The notes under the pieces: model-generated
Told to the model about the DNA's origin: nothing
Databases searched by the model: none
The model's input: the letters and a program-made list of their open reading frames with translations, nothing else
Assembly (NCBI GenBank): GCA_963575745.1
Contig: CAUYUJ010000225.1
Location: forward strand, 1,302,001-1,366,000
Direction of reading: 5' to 3'
Length of the DNA: 64,000 bases
Source: Prorocentrum cordatum
Lineage: Eukaryota
Part shown: piece by piece, positions 1-17,340 of the stretch
How the letters are laid out: every line of letters starts with the position of its first letter
Position numbering within the stretch: position 1 is the stretch's first letter
Made by a program: the position numbers and the translations under genes

Positions 1-650
1 TCTTGGGGCCCCTCGGTGTCTCTGGGGAGCTTGGATGACAGTCTCTGGTTTGGGGCCTTTCAGAAGGCAGCGGAGGAGGAAGACAACGAACTTCGGAGGA
101 GGAAAAGGAGCAGGAGGAGGACGAGCAGGAGGAAGCCTTGTCGTAGGCCCGTGGTGGGGTCTTCTTGGACCGTCCAGGAGCCTCGTGGGTGTTTGTGGGG
201 AGCTGGTGACAGCAGTGTAGGGTCTGTGGTACTTTTTAGGTCCTCTCGAGATATCCATGGGCTCCTGAGACGACAGGAAGATTGCACATCAAATTGTGGT
301 TCCCCGGACCCTGGCTGCCTGTCGTGGGCCCTCTTTGGGGCCTCTTTGGTTTGTCTTGGGGCCCTTGGGTGTCTCTGGGGAGCTGGTGATAACAGTCTCT
401 GGTCTGGGGCCTTTCAGAAGGCAGCGGAGGAGGAAGACAACGAACTACAGGATGAGTAAGAGGAGCAGGAGGAGGAAGAGCAGGAGCAGGAGGAGGAGGA
501 GGAGGAGGAGGGGGAGGAGGAGGAGGAGGAGGAGGAGGAGGAGGAGGGGGCGGAGACGGAGGAGCAGAGGGAGGAGGGGGAGAAGGGAGGGGCAGAGGGG
601 AAGCAGAGAAAGGAGACGCATGAGCAGGAGGAGGAGGAGGAGGAGGAGGA

Positions 651-2544
<1,894 letters not shown>

Positions 2545-2819
2545 GAGGAGGAGGAGGAGGAGGAGGAGGAGGAGGAGGAGGAGTAGGAGAAGGGGGAGAA
2601 GATTTCCGAAGAGTTGGTGTCGGGAGTGGCATTGGAACCTTCTTGGATTTTTTGGGGAATCTCTTCAGAAACTCGTGACAGGAGAGGTGATGATGCTGAA
2701 ACAATGGTAAGTCAATGAAGTTGGCCTCTGTAGGCCTGATTGGGGATCCGCTTGGGGCCCTTTTCTGGTCATCTAGGCGCCTTCTTGGGCTGTCCTGGAG
2801 CCCTCTAGGGCCGTTTTGG

Positions 2820-2854
<35 letters not shown>

Positions 2855-3734
2855 AACTCGGAGAGTCGTTTTGGAACTATCTTGGAAGGCCTTGGAGCGC
2901 GCTTGAAGCTGTCCTGCAGGCGTCGGGGCTCCTCATGGGAGCATCTGGACAGTTCGTTCGGAGCTCGTGGCAGGTCTCTTGGGGACCTCCTGGAAGGGTT
3001 TTGGAAGCCTCTTTGGGCCCCGTTCGGTGCCTGTTGGGGACCGTTTTGGGGGCTCTTGGGGACCGCTCGGGAGCTTCTTGGGGGGGCTCGTGGCCGCCTC
3101 TGGGAGCCTCTTGGTGACCTCCAGGGTGACTTCCAGGGCCTTTCTTGGGGCGTTCTGGTGGCTTTGGGCCGAGGGCCCGAAAAGTCTGCTCGTATCCCCC
3201 GTCTGGGCTCTCTTTTAGAGCCGTCTTGGGGCCCTTTTGGGCCGTTTGGGACGCCTCTGGGGCTGTCTTGGTGCCCGTTGGGGCCACCTTGGGGCTGTTT
3301 CGGAGGCCTCTTGGGCGGTCTTGGGGCGATCTTGGGGGCCTATTGGGCTGTCTTGGAGCGTCGGGAAGCGGAAAAGGCGAGACCCAAAGAAACCTTCCAG
3401 AACCTACGGAAAAAAAACAACCATCTTTGCTTCTTGGGGCCCTCTAGGGAAGCCTCTTGGACGCCTCTTGCGGCGTCTTGAAGGCGTCTTGGGCCATATT
3501 GGGACTATCTCGGGCGTCGTGGAGCGATCTTTGTGCGTCTCGGGGCCCTCTTAGACGATCTTTGGGGCCTCCTGGGGCCGTCTTGGAGGCCTCTTGGGCC
3601 ATCTTGAGGCCTCTTCGAGGCGCCGGGGAGGGGGTCTAGGGTTCGTTTGCGGGTGCCCGGGGGGGGTGAAGGTGACATGCCGGGTTTTCCTTGCAATTTC
3701 ATAGGTAGAAGGAATATATATATATATATATATA

Positions 3735-3767
<33 letters not shown>

Positions 3768-3944
3768 ATATGTATATATATATACACACACGTAATACCC
3801 CGCAGATGCGGATCAGAGAGAGGGGGCGGTGGGGACGTCGGCAAGTTGCGAGACTCCGGAAAAGCCCGCCGCAGGCGCCACCAAATTTTCACAAATTCTA
3901 CAACGAGCCCGCCGCAAGCGCCGACTTCCTTGTTAAAGCAATGT

Positions 3945-4300
3945 GGGTAGGTCGCGGGTGGGTCGCAACTGGGTCGCGGGTGCGTCGCAACTGGATCGCG
4001 GGTGGGTCGCGGATGGGTCGCGGGTGGGTCGCGGGGTGGGTCGCGGGTGGGTCGCAAGTGGGTCGCGGGTGGGTCGCGGGTGGGTCGCGGATGGCTCGCG
4101 GGGTGGGTCGCGGGGTGGTCGCAGGGTGGGTCACGGGTGGGTCGCGGGTGGGTCGCGGGTGGGTCGCGGGTGGGTCGCGGATGGGTCACGGGTTGGGTCG
4201 CGGATGGGTCGCGGGGTGGGTCGCGGGTGGGTCGCGGGGTGGGTCGCGGGGTGAGTTACGGGGTGGGTCGCGGGGTGGGTCGCGGGTGGGTCGCGGGTGT
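3945..4300. repeat. 11-bp minisatellite GGGTGGGTCGC
   Basis: About 30 tandem copies. Confidence 0.95.
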
Positions 4301-4509
4301 GACGACGACAACAAACGAGCAAACAAACAAGAACAACGCAACAAACATAATCCTCACCACGGATCCCCACTTCAGCCACGCACCCAGGGATAATGAATGA
4401 CCGCTCGGCCCCATCACTCTGATCATCTATAATTCCCCAATCAAAGCTTACCTCTGTAGGGGTCCTAGCGGATTCATATGGTTAAGTGAGATGGGGCGCC
4501 GATTTGGTG

Positions 4510-5000
4510 GCCGGTGGCCGGGTGCCTGGGTGCCCGGGTGCCCGTGGGTGCCTGGTGCCCCAGGATTTTGGTGGCCCGTGGCCGGGTGCCCGGGTGCACG
4601 TGGGTGCCCGGGTGCCCGGGTGCTCGGGGGTGCCCAGAGGTGCCTGGGGGTGCCCAGGTGCCCTATAGCCATAAAGCCTTACAGCCTTATATCTCTAGAG
4701 CCCAATAGCCCAATAGCCCATATAGCCCATATAGCCTTAAAGTCCAATAGCCCTAATTATAACTATAGCTCTATGGCCCTATAGCCCCAGAGCCCCATAG
4801 CTCTAGAGCCCTATAGCCCTATAGCCCTATGGGTCTATAGCCCTATAGCCCTGTAGCTCTATAGCCTTATAGCCCTATAGCCCTATAGCCCAAAAGCCAA
4901 ATAGCCCAGTAGCCCTCTAGCCCTACACCCGTATAGCCCATATAGCCCTTTGGCCCCATAGCCCTGTAGTTCTATAGTCCTATAGCCCCATAGCCCCAAC
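4510..5000. repeat. Adjacent 9-bp minisatellites GGGTGCCC(G/T) and CTATAGCCC
   Basis: Directly visible. Confidence 0.85.
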
Positions 5001-5278
5001 CAAAATCTGATTGGGGGTTTTCTCCGGTATCATATGTATATTATACACACACGCTTGTGTAATGCATAAAAACATAAGGAAAACAAGTGGAGGATGGGGA
5101 GGAGGAGAAGAAAGAGAAGGAAAGGGAGGAGGACGAGGAGGAGGAGAAAGGGGAAAAGAGAGGTAACATGGGGCGGAGAAGGAGGGAGAAGAGGAGAGAA
5201 GAGATGAGGAGAGAGGAGGAGCAGGAGGAGAAGGGGATGAGGCGAAGGGAAAAGCAATACAGGGGGTCGGGTGTACGC

Positions 5279-5353
5279 CTGGGCCGTTATCACGTCATTG
5301 GCGTGCTTGTACTTCTCGGTGATGGCCCCGATGGGCAGCACCAGCAAGACGCC
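5279..5353 (-). CDS. Channel exon, S6 C-half: GVLLVLPIGAITEKYKHANDVITAQ
   Basis: Resembles Kv GVL.IALP...I..NF; GAG|G acceptor, AG|GC donor; 75 nt; gene continues, downstream exon not located. Confidence 0.85.
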
Positions 5354-6202
5354 CTCGGCAAGAGCGTGGGGAGCGGCCCGTCGGTGCCTCTAAGACGGGG
5401 GCCCCCTCTGACAGCCAAAGTCCCGTCAGAAAGGCTCCAGAATGATACCCGCAACCTCCGCAGACGCGGATACGAATGATACGGGGTTGCCCTGGACTGG
5501 AACATCTCGAGCCTCGACAAAGGCACGCCGCGTGCGACGATTTGCTCAAACAGTGCGTGTCTGCGCAAGCCAGGACCGGCGCCACGGTTGGGATTCCAGC
5601 GACAGGCTCCGTGCCGCGGGCCCCACGGGCCCTGGGGCCCCCACCCCCCACCCCCAAGTTTCCGGCCAGGCCTGAAAGTTTCTGCGCTTGGCCTCGCCAG
5701 CACCGCCACCATCTGTCCATTCCCGCGGGCAGCTGTACCAGGAAAAAACTCGCGCTTCGTCGAGGGCGCAATCGAGTTGATGTACAGACAAGGGTTCACT
5801 TTGACGCGCGGTCTCGATCTTCCAGAAGCCCAGCAGCGCCTGACACCCACCGACATAAAGTTTATGGAGTACCAAGATGTAGCCTGTAGCTGCATGCGAA
5901 GACATAGCCCTCATGTTTCCTCCTCCCCCTCCTCCTCCTCCTCCTCCTCCTCCTCCTCCTCCTCCTCCTCCTCCTCTTTCTCTTCATCTAGAGGCCTCCC
6001 AGGTGGGGTCGGAGCACATGGGGTCGGAGGATCGCGCCGTATCGGCAAGCGCAGTCGGCGCGTCGGCGCGTCGGCGCGGATGAAATCGGGTTCCACATTG
6101 CATCGCCGATGCATCAGCGATGCGGCGCGATCCTCCGATCGTACTCTGACCCCATCTGGGATGCCTAGGTCCTCCCATTTCCCCTCTCCACCAGCCACGC
6201 GC

Positions 6203-6275
6203 CTTGAAAATGCCAAGGAAGAGGATGACGACCTCGCTGAGCATCTGGGTCGTCCGGCCGTTGGCGTCCGGAAGG
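6203..6275 (-). CDS. Channel exon, post-filter loop and S6 N-half: LPDANGRTTQMLSEVVILFLGIFK
   Basis: GAG| acceptor completing AG+C=Ser, AG|GC donor; 73 nt; hydrophobic. Confidence 0.8.
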
Positions 6276-7399
6276 CTCGCGGGCCCACGGGGGCACGCTC
6301 CCGTTTCCCCCTCCCCATCCTGCTCCTTGTCCAGTTCCTCCTCTCCCGTCTTGTTCCTTCCCCCTCTCCCCCTTCTCTCCATTCGCCCCCTCGCCCCCCC
6401 CCCTGCCCCTCATCCTCAGCATCCCCTCCCCCCTCTTCGTCATCATCCCCCCTCCCCCTCCCTCCCCAATTCTTTTTCCTGATATATAACTCCTCCCCGT
6501 CGCGCCCCCAAACGTGTTGGTAGTGCCGAACGTTTCGCTCAACATTTGATCATCATTGATGTTATTGAAGCCTGAAGTGCGCAACTGCTTAAATAATGGA
6601 GGGCAGATTTCAAAACGCAGTGCTCATGAAAACGCCGCACATACTTATCTTAAAACTTTCACTACATTCAAGGAAGGATGACATATTATTTTCGAAATAT
6701 GATTTTCCCCTGATCACCTCGCGCATTCGTCGTGCAAATGTACAACAGCTTCAAGGACGAAGGGCTGGTGGTATTCAAAGTGTTGTTCTCGCCGTAGCGC
6801 CGCGCACATTCATCGTAAAACTTTGCATCCTATTCAACAACTTCATAGATGGATAGGCCTCTTTTTCAACGTGTGGTTCTCGCCTTGGCGTCCCGCACAC
6901 ACATGCAGACACTTCGTGGACGTGTCCAGCTTTTTTGAATTCTCGTAGGACTGGAGTCGTAGGAATGGTGTTATGACGCAATTTCGGATTGCCAGGACGC
7001 ACCAGTCACGTTAATCGCGGCGTTGACGTCCCACGTTTGGTGTTATGGCACGATTCCAGATCGTTGCCACATTTTACCCAGAAGAAGCGATGGATGATGA
7101 AGTGTCTCGGAAGTCCCCTCACCCTCGTACTTCTCTTTCTAAACCCACATTTCTTCTTCTACTTCCCTCGGCGCGCCCTCGGGGCCGTCGAGTCTCTTGG
7201 GCTCAAGGCACCACGATCTAGGGCCCAGGGGGTGGCCAGCCCCTTGGCTGGCTCGCCGAGCTGGCACCTCCGATCTGCCGACTCAAGGCTCTCCGACTCA
7301 TACTTTTCTTCTCAAGCTGCCGCCTCATCTTCGCGAAGAAGGCGCGGGCGGCCGGGGCCCATCAGGCCCACCAGCCCCGAGAACTTATCAAGCTTATCC

Positions 7400-8130
7400 T
7401 TGGCCATGGGCTTCGCCAGTATGTCGCTCTCAACGTCGCCAGCGCATCTCGACGTGCTTCATTTTGCCGGGGCCAATCCTCTTCGCGACGCGCAACTCAC
7501 GGCTGCTCTCACTAGGAAGCGCAGGTGCGATCCACTCCCCGCTCGCCCTGCAGGGCCAGCTCCCGAGCCTAGGGCGCGCAGCTCGCCGTCGGCCGTACTC
7601 AGGGCTGTGCCACCCTGGCGTCGCGTCGCGCACCGTGCACTCGCGGTACTTCAGCGCGCCGCCACTGTCCGAGATCTGGTCGCCCATGTCGTCGCCCCCA
7701 CCCGCGTCAACCCTCCGCGGGGCGATCTGGTTGCACTGCTTGCTGGGGGTGGCCTTCGTCGCCATCTCCCTGGCCCCTGCCAAGTATCTCGCCATGCTGA
7801 GCGGGCGCTGCAACGCCGCGGATGAGCACTCACACTCCGCGCTGCATGTAAGATCGATGGCTCGATCGTTGCGATGGTCTGCCGACGCGCGTCCTGCCCG
7901 CCCCGTGGCCCCTCGCGCTGAGATGCGCGCAGTCGCCCTTTCTGCGCGATCACTGTCTTCGTCTCCTGCAGCATCGCAGGATTCGTTTCTCCAGCCCGAG
8001 CTCCATCGGCGCATCGTTGATCAGGCCGGTCTCGCCCGCGGTGGCGAAGCCGCCCTGGACCTGGCGCGCCCGCGTGCCCAGGAAGGTCGCCTCGTCGCCC
8101 TCGCCGCGCAGCTTCGCCGCATCTGAGAGG
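7400..8130 (-). mobile_element. Decayed Ty1/copia pol fragment (RT end and RNase H)
   Basis: GDEATFLG..; DSDRAE..ARISARG (cf. DSDWAG..RRSTSG); CSAECE (cf. SSAEAE); VAKRIGPGKMKHVEMRW (cf. G.GK.KH...R.LW). Confidence 0.7.
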
Positions 8131-8387
8131 TTCAGATTCTCGCCGTTCTACAGGGAGGCTGGTAACACAAGAGGCTGGAATCATAATCGACAAAGAGGTT
8201 AGACTAGGTAAAATGGCATCGGCCTACGCCCGCGCGAAATAAAAACAGAAGCGGGCCAAAGCCCCGAAGAAAATAAAACGGCGCGCCCGCCATGCTCTTG
8301 CAAGGCCCCGAGCCGGCCCGAACCCAACGCCACGCCGACGGAGGTGGCAAGCAGCCCCCAGTCGAGCCAAAAAAAAAAAAAAAAAAC

Positions 8388-8962
8388 GGCCCGCAGCGAA
8401 TAAACAAAAAGCGCCGGCGGTGGCCTGGGGGGGGCGGGGGCGAGCCAAACAACTGGAATCAATGGATTGGCCACCCAAAATAAGCACGAATATTTTAGCG
8501 CGGCGACGGGGCGCCCCGCCAAAGCCGCAAATGACAAACACAAAAGCAGGCCCGCAGCGAATAAACAAAAAGCGTCGGCGGTGGCCCGGGGAGGGCGGGG
8601 GCGAGCCGAACGACTGGAATCAATGGATCGGCCACCCAAAGCAAACGCAAAGATTTCAGCGCGGCGACGGGACTCCCCGCCAAAGCCGCGAATGACAAAC
8701 ACAAAAGCAGGCCCGCAGCGAAAAAACAACAAGCGTTGGCGGCGGCCTGGGAGGGGCGGGGGCGAGCCAAACAAATTGGAATCAATGGATCGGCCACCCA
8801 AAATAAACACCGAGATTTTAGCGCGGCGACGGGGCGCCCCGTCAACGCCGCAAATGACAAACACAAAAGCAGGCCCGCAGCGAATGAACAAAAGCGTGGG
8901 CGGTGGCCTGGGAGGGGCGGGGGCGAGCGAAACAACTGGAATCTATGCATCGGCCACCCAAA
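8388..8962. repeat. Tandem repeat of about 161 bp, about 3.5 copies
   Basis: CCGCAG(CG) anchor at 8391, 8552, 8713, 8875. Confidence 0.9.
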
Positions 8963-10289
8963 ATACGGCCGGACCGAGGACACAAGAACATCCTGCAAGA
9001 ACACGAGCCCTTCCGCCAGCCAAAACACCCAATCATCAAGAACATGCAAGGGCGGTTGCCGTCGCACCACCATCATCAACGAGCGCGCAATTGCCGGGGC
9101 CAGCGCCTGGACATCGAGGCCAAAGAACAGGGGGGGGGGCCGTGCCGCAGACGCGCGAGTCCCGCGGCGCACTCCATCGGCTCTGGCAGCGGACTGCAGC
9201 GCTACGCCCTGGCACGCGCAAATAGATCCAAGCTCTCACCCTTGCCCCAGCACAAGAAGCCGCGCGTTGCCTCGCAAGCCCGCCCTGGACCCAAGCTTCC
9301 AGCCGCGTAGCGAAGCCCCCCCCCCCCTCCCCCAACCCTCAGCCCACCCGCCCCGAACTCTTCCCATAGGAAACTCCAGGCCCACCAAGCCCGTGGCCGA
9401 CCCGCGGCCTGCGCGTGGCCCGCGACGCTTCCTCATGGCCTACCCATGGGCCGCACGTGGTCCGCCCATGGCGTGTTCAAAGCTCGCGCATGGCCTGCGC
9501 ATGGCCCATCCATGGGCGCCTCAGGGGCTACCGAAGGCCTTCCAAATGGATCCGCTGAGCTTACCCATTGCTTCACTCACGACCTACCCGTGGCCCGCGC
9601 ATTGTCTGCCTCTGACGCGTACACGGCCTGATCATGGCCAGCCCGAGGGCTTCTCCAGACAGCCCGAACACTACCCCTCGTTTACACGTGATCTACCCAC
9701 AGCCCACACTTGGCCCACAGCTCTTCGGCCCAATGGGCAGTTAATGGCATCCCCACGGCATGTTTGTCGGCTCCATACTTGGCCTGCCCAATGGCGCGCC
9801 TGCGCCCCCCCCCCCCCCCCCCTCCCCACGCCGCGCGCGTGCGCCGACCAGGCGTTCATGATGGTTAGGCAAGGCTGGCCAAGACACAGCAGGACTCTGC
9901 ATGGGCTCACAAGTGCCCAACAGAATCGCGCGCGCCCAGGGGAAGCCTAGCGGGACCTACCAAGGACGAGCCGCATGCAACGCGACTTCTCTTGATGCCT
10001 TCGCAGCGACTGGCCGTTTTTGCCCCCGCGGGGCCGAGCGAGGCGCGGCGTGGCCCAGAAGACGCCAGCAAGAAGAAGCGGGAACAAATTGGGCGCGGCT
10101 GCAGAGATGGTCTTCCCAAAACCTACGTGCGCCGTAACCGCGCGCTGCCTGCGCCTTGCCTGTGCATTGCGCATGGACAATCCAGAACATGCGCTTGGCT
10201 CAGCCACGGCCTACCCTAGGCCGACCTATGACCGTGCACATTGCCTACCCATGGTCTGCCAATGACATACCAATGGCCTACCTATGGCC

Positions 10290-11490
10290 GTGCGTGCATC
10301 GCAACAGTTATTTACGCACGCAAGCTGCGCGCGCATCCCAACATATATTTCTGCATGACAGCAGCGCGCGCATCACAACAGATGCTTATGTATGCCTGCT
10401 GTTCGCACATCGCAACGGCTATTTCTGCACGCCTGCTGCGCGTGCATCGCAACCGCTACTTCTGCATGCCAGCTGTGCGTATATCGCAACAGCGACTTCT
10501 GCACGCCAGCTGCTCTTGCATCGCAACTGCTACTTCTGCATGCCAACTGCGTGTATCCCAACAGCTCTGCCTGCGCGCGACTTCTGCATGCCAGCTGCGC
10601 GTGTCTCGCAACCGCTGCTTCTGCGTGCCAGCCGCGCGCGAATCGCAACAGCTGCTTCTGCATGCCAGCGGTTCGTGAATCGCAACAGCAATTTCTGCAT
10701 GCCAGATGTTCGTGCACCACAAGCGCTATTTCTGCATGCCTGCTGACCGTGCGTCGCAACAAATAGTTTTGCATGCCAGCTGTTCGTGTATCGCAACAGC
10801 CATATCTGCCTGCCAAATGCGCGTGTTTCGCGACAACTGTATATGCATGCTAGCTGATCGTGTATCGCAACGTGTAGTTATGCATGCCAGCTGCTCGTGT
10901 ATCGCAACACCTACCTGTATGCCAGCTGTGTGTGTACCGCAAAAGGTAGTTCTGCATGCCAGCCGTTCGTGTACCGTAACAGCTGCTTCTGCATGCCAGC
11001 AGCTCGCGTATCACAGATGCTATTTCTGCATAACAGAACTTCGTGTATCGCAACAGCTGATTCTGACTACTTATGCATACCATCTGCGCGTGAATCGCAA
11101 CAGCGACTTCTGCATGCCAGATGTTCGTGCATCAAACCAGGTACGTAGTTCTGCATGCCAGCCGCGCTTGCATCGCAACCGCTACTGCTGCATGCCAGCT
11201 GCTCGCGTCTCACAACGGCGAATTCTGCATGCCAGGTGCGCGTGTATCGCAACAGTATCTCTGCATGCCAGCTGTGCGTCTATCGCAACAGCGGCTTTTG
11301 CATGCCAGCTGCTCGTGCATCGCAACACCTAAGTATGCGCACCAGCTGCGCGCTTATCGCAACAATTGTTTCTGCATGTCAGCTGCGCGTGTAACACAAC
11401 CGCCGCTGCTGCGTGCCAGCTTCCGTTCGTGTATCGCATTAGCTACTGCTGCATGCCAGCTGTGCGTGTACCGCAACAGCTACTTCTGCA
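10290..11490. repeat. Minisatellite of about 36-37 bp (TGCATGCCAGCTG..GTATCGCAACAG..TTC)
   Basis: About 30 degenerate copies. Confidence 0.92.
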
Positions 11491-11494
11491 GAAC

Positions 11495-12822
<1,328 letters not shown>

Positions 12823-13167
12823 GACCCCGCGATACCTTGGCACTGGATCCCAGGGCCGTGCATTCCAGGGCTTAAAAGTCATGTATTCAGGACTCCTGGG
12901 CCCTAGGCCCCTGGGCCTCAGACAGCAGGACCATGTATTGATCCCAACACACTAGACCCCATGGCCGTAGATTCCAGGGCCCCATTCTTCGGCCCTGGAA
13001 CCCAGGGCCACGGACTCTTGTTTTGTTTGCTACAGGGCACCTAATTCTTGTGCCTTAGGTAGCATGGCCTTGGGTTCCTGGGCTCAGGATTCTAAGGTCC
13101 TAGACTCCAGGGCCCTAGATTCCAAGGCCTCCCATTCCTGGACCCTGGGCTCCATGGCCTTCCTATT

Positions 13168-14200
<1,033 letters not shown>

Positions 14201-14204
14201 AGTA

Positions 14205-16488
14205 CGCGCTCGCGCACGCCAGCGGGTGACCAAGGTCACCCGCTCGCGGGCTCACGTGTGCGAGATGGATGGATGTAGCATGCGTATACACGCAGGCCAA
14301 TGTTACTCCGGAAACCCAAATGGCGAAAACCCAATGTAAAATTTCATTTTCTGGACGCAACAAGCGGCTGGATCAATCATAAATGTACGGAGGCGTAGAC
14401 AAGCACATCCACCGAGCGCGCCCGCGCACGCAAGCGGGTGACCATGGTCGCCCGCTCGCCCGCGCACGCGCGCGCGATGGATGCATGCAGTATGCGTTTT
14501 GTATACAAGCATGACAATGTTACTTCGGAGACCCAATGGCGAAAACCCAATGTAAAATGTCATTCTCTGGGCGCAACAAGTGGCTATACCAACCACAGAT
14601 AGATGGAACCGTCTACAATCGCATCCACGGAGCGCGCTCGCGCACTCCAGTGGGTGACCATGGCCACCCGTTCGCGCGCTCACGCGCGCGCGATGGATGC
14701 ATGCAGCGTGTGTTTTGCATACAAGCATGGCAATGTTACTTCGGAAACCCAATGGCGAAAACCGAATGTAAAATTTCATTCCCTGGACGCAACAAACGGC
14801 TATATCAATCGCAAATGTATGGAAGCGTATACAAACACATCCACCGAACGCGCTCGCGCACGCCAGCGGGTGACCATGGTCACCCGCTCGCGGGCTCACG
14901 TGTGCGAGATGGATGGATGTAGCATGCGTTTTTATGTACAAGCATGCCAATGTTACTTCGGAGACCCAATGGCGAAAACCCAATGTAAAATGTCATTCTC
15001 TGGGCGCAACAAGCGGCTGTATCAATCATAAATGCACGGAAGCGTAGAAAGCACATCCACCGAGCGCGCTCGCGCACGCCAGCGGGTGACCATGGTCACC
15101 CGCTCGCGCGCACACGCGCGCGCGATGGATGCATGCAGCGTGCGTTTCGTATAAAAGCATGGCAGTGTTACTTCGGAAGCCCAATGACGAAAACCCAATG
15201 TAAAATTTCATTTTCTGGGCGCAACAAGCGACTATACCAACCACCAATAGATGGAACCGTCTATAATCGCATCCACGGAGCTCGCTCGCGCACGCCAGTG
15301 GGTGACCACGGCCACCCGTTCGCGCGCTCACGCGCGCGCGATGGATGCATGCAGCGTGCGTTTTGCATACACGCAGGCCAATGTTACGTCGGAAACGTAA
15401 TGGCGAAAACCCAATGTAAAATTTCATTCTCTGGGCGCAACAAGCGGCTATATCAATCGCAAATGTATGGGCGCGTATACAAACACATCCACCGAGCGCG
15501 CTCGCGGGCTCACGTGTGCGAGATGGATGGATGTAGCATGCGTTTTGTATACACGCAGGCCAATGTTACTTCGGAAACCCAATGGCGAAAACCCAATGTA
15601 AAAATTCATGCTCTGGACGCAACAAGCAGCTGTATCAATCATAAATGTACGGAGCCGCATACACTCACATCCACCGAGCGCGCTCGCGCACGCCAGCGGG
15701 TGACCATGGTCGTCACCCGCTCGCGCGCTCACGCGCGCGCGATGGATGCATGTAGCATGCGTTTTGTGTAGAAGCATGCCAATGTTACTTCGGAAACCCA
15801 ATGGCGAAAACCCAATGTAAAATTTCATTTTCTGTACGCAGCAAGCGGCTATATCAATCACAAGTATATGGAAGCGTATATAAACACATCCACCGAGCGC
15901 GCTCGCGCACGTGAGCGGGTGACCATGGTCACCCGCTCGCGGGTGACCATGGTCACCCGCTCGCGGGCTCACGTGTGCGAGACGGATGGATGCAGCATGC
16001 TTTTTGTATGCAAGCACGCCAATGTGTACCATATACAAACATGGCAATGTTACTTCGGAAACCCAATGGCGAAAACCCAACGTAAAATGTCATTCTCTGG
16101 ACGCAACAAGCAGCTGTATCAATCATAAATGTACGGAAGCGTAGACAAGCACATCCACCGAGCGCGCTCGCGCATGCCAGCGGGTGACCATGGTCACCCG
16201 CTCGCGCGCTCACGCGCGCGCGATGGATGCATGTACTATGTGTTCTGTATACAAGCGCGGCAATGTTACTTCGGAAACCCAATGGCGAAAACCCAATGTA
16301 AAATTTCATTCTCTGGATGCAACAAGCGGCTATACCAATCACAAACATATGGGACCGTCCATAATCACATCCACCGAGCGCGCTCGCGCACGCCAGCGGG
16401 TGACCATGGTCACCCGCTCGCGGGCTCACGCGTGCGCGATGGATGCATGTACGATGTGTATTGTATACAAGCATGGCAGTGTTACTTC
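14205..16488. repeat. Satellite of about 216 bp, about 10.5 copies, with an internal 24-bp palindrome
   Basis: AATGTTACTTCGGAAACCCAATGGCGAAAACCCAATG anchor recurs; AGCGGGTGACCATGGTCACCCGCT palindrome. Confidence 0.95.
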
Positions 16489-17028
16489 CAGCGTGTTCCG
16501 GAACAGCGTTTCCGGAACACGCTGGAACGTGCTCCGGAACAGCGTTTCCGGAGCACGTTGGAATGCCTGTCTTGTGTGCTATTGTGCGGTGACGTTAACC
16601 CGGGCGGGATGGCCAGCACCGAAATTCGTGACATGTTCGTTGCTTCTGCATTGTTGGATATAGACGTCAGCAGCAGTGTTCTTGTATATTGTTGTGCGGT
16701 GCGTGAGGCATAGCATGATGATGATATTTGTCGGCGGGCCGGTCATCGGTGACCTTCTGGAGGGCCCCAGAGGCCTTGTCAGGTCACCGGCCCAGCCGGC
16801 GACCGTTTAGATTGCCACGATGAGGCTAGAGATTATACACGCTACGTTCGCAAGCTTAGTTTGCACAGCTGAGTATAGTAGTCAGCAGCGGTGTAGCATA
16901 CATAGCCATGCGTGCAGCTCTCAGGGGAATGCGGTGCGACCCCACGCCTGCATGAACCTGGGAGCGGGGATCAATCCAAATGCGGTGCGACACCACGCCT
17001 GCATGCGGATTGGTCCCCGGCGTGACTT

Positions 17029-17340
17029 TCGTGGGCACTTTGGCTCAAGTGGAAGGAAAAACAGACTCCCTCCAACCTCGCATGGTGGCCCGGGGTGGCC
17101 GCACCAAGCGTGGCGGCCGCAGCCTGGCCGGTATCATCTCTTCCTGAGAGCTCCGGCTGGCCGAGGCGGCCGACTATCTTCTCAGGGCGGCCCTTGGGGT
17201 CCCACCCAGGCCTCATTGGGGCCCACTCTGGCTTCTGCCGGCCTCCAGGGCCGAATTGACCGGCTACCTCACCGCAGTCGCCTAGAGCGATCCAGATAGC
17301 GACGTAGAGAGCGAGGTGGCGGAGAAGTGGCGTAGAGTGG
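17029..17340 (+). pseudogene. Retrocopy with relic spliced leader
   Basis: TCGTGGGCACTTTGGCTCAAG (17029-17049) is 17/21 identical to DinoSL; ATG at 17082; ORF with premature stops. Confidence 0.55.

Noticed and set aside
7185..7207. TTGGGCTCAAG as a third SL relic
   Set aside because: Match limited to the 3' end; too weak
14205..16488. CRISPR-like array (palindromic repeats at regular spacing)
   Set aside because: Intervening sequences are homologous to one another rather than unique spacers; no cas genes; eukaryotic context
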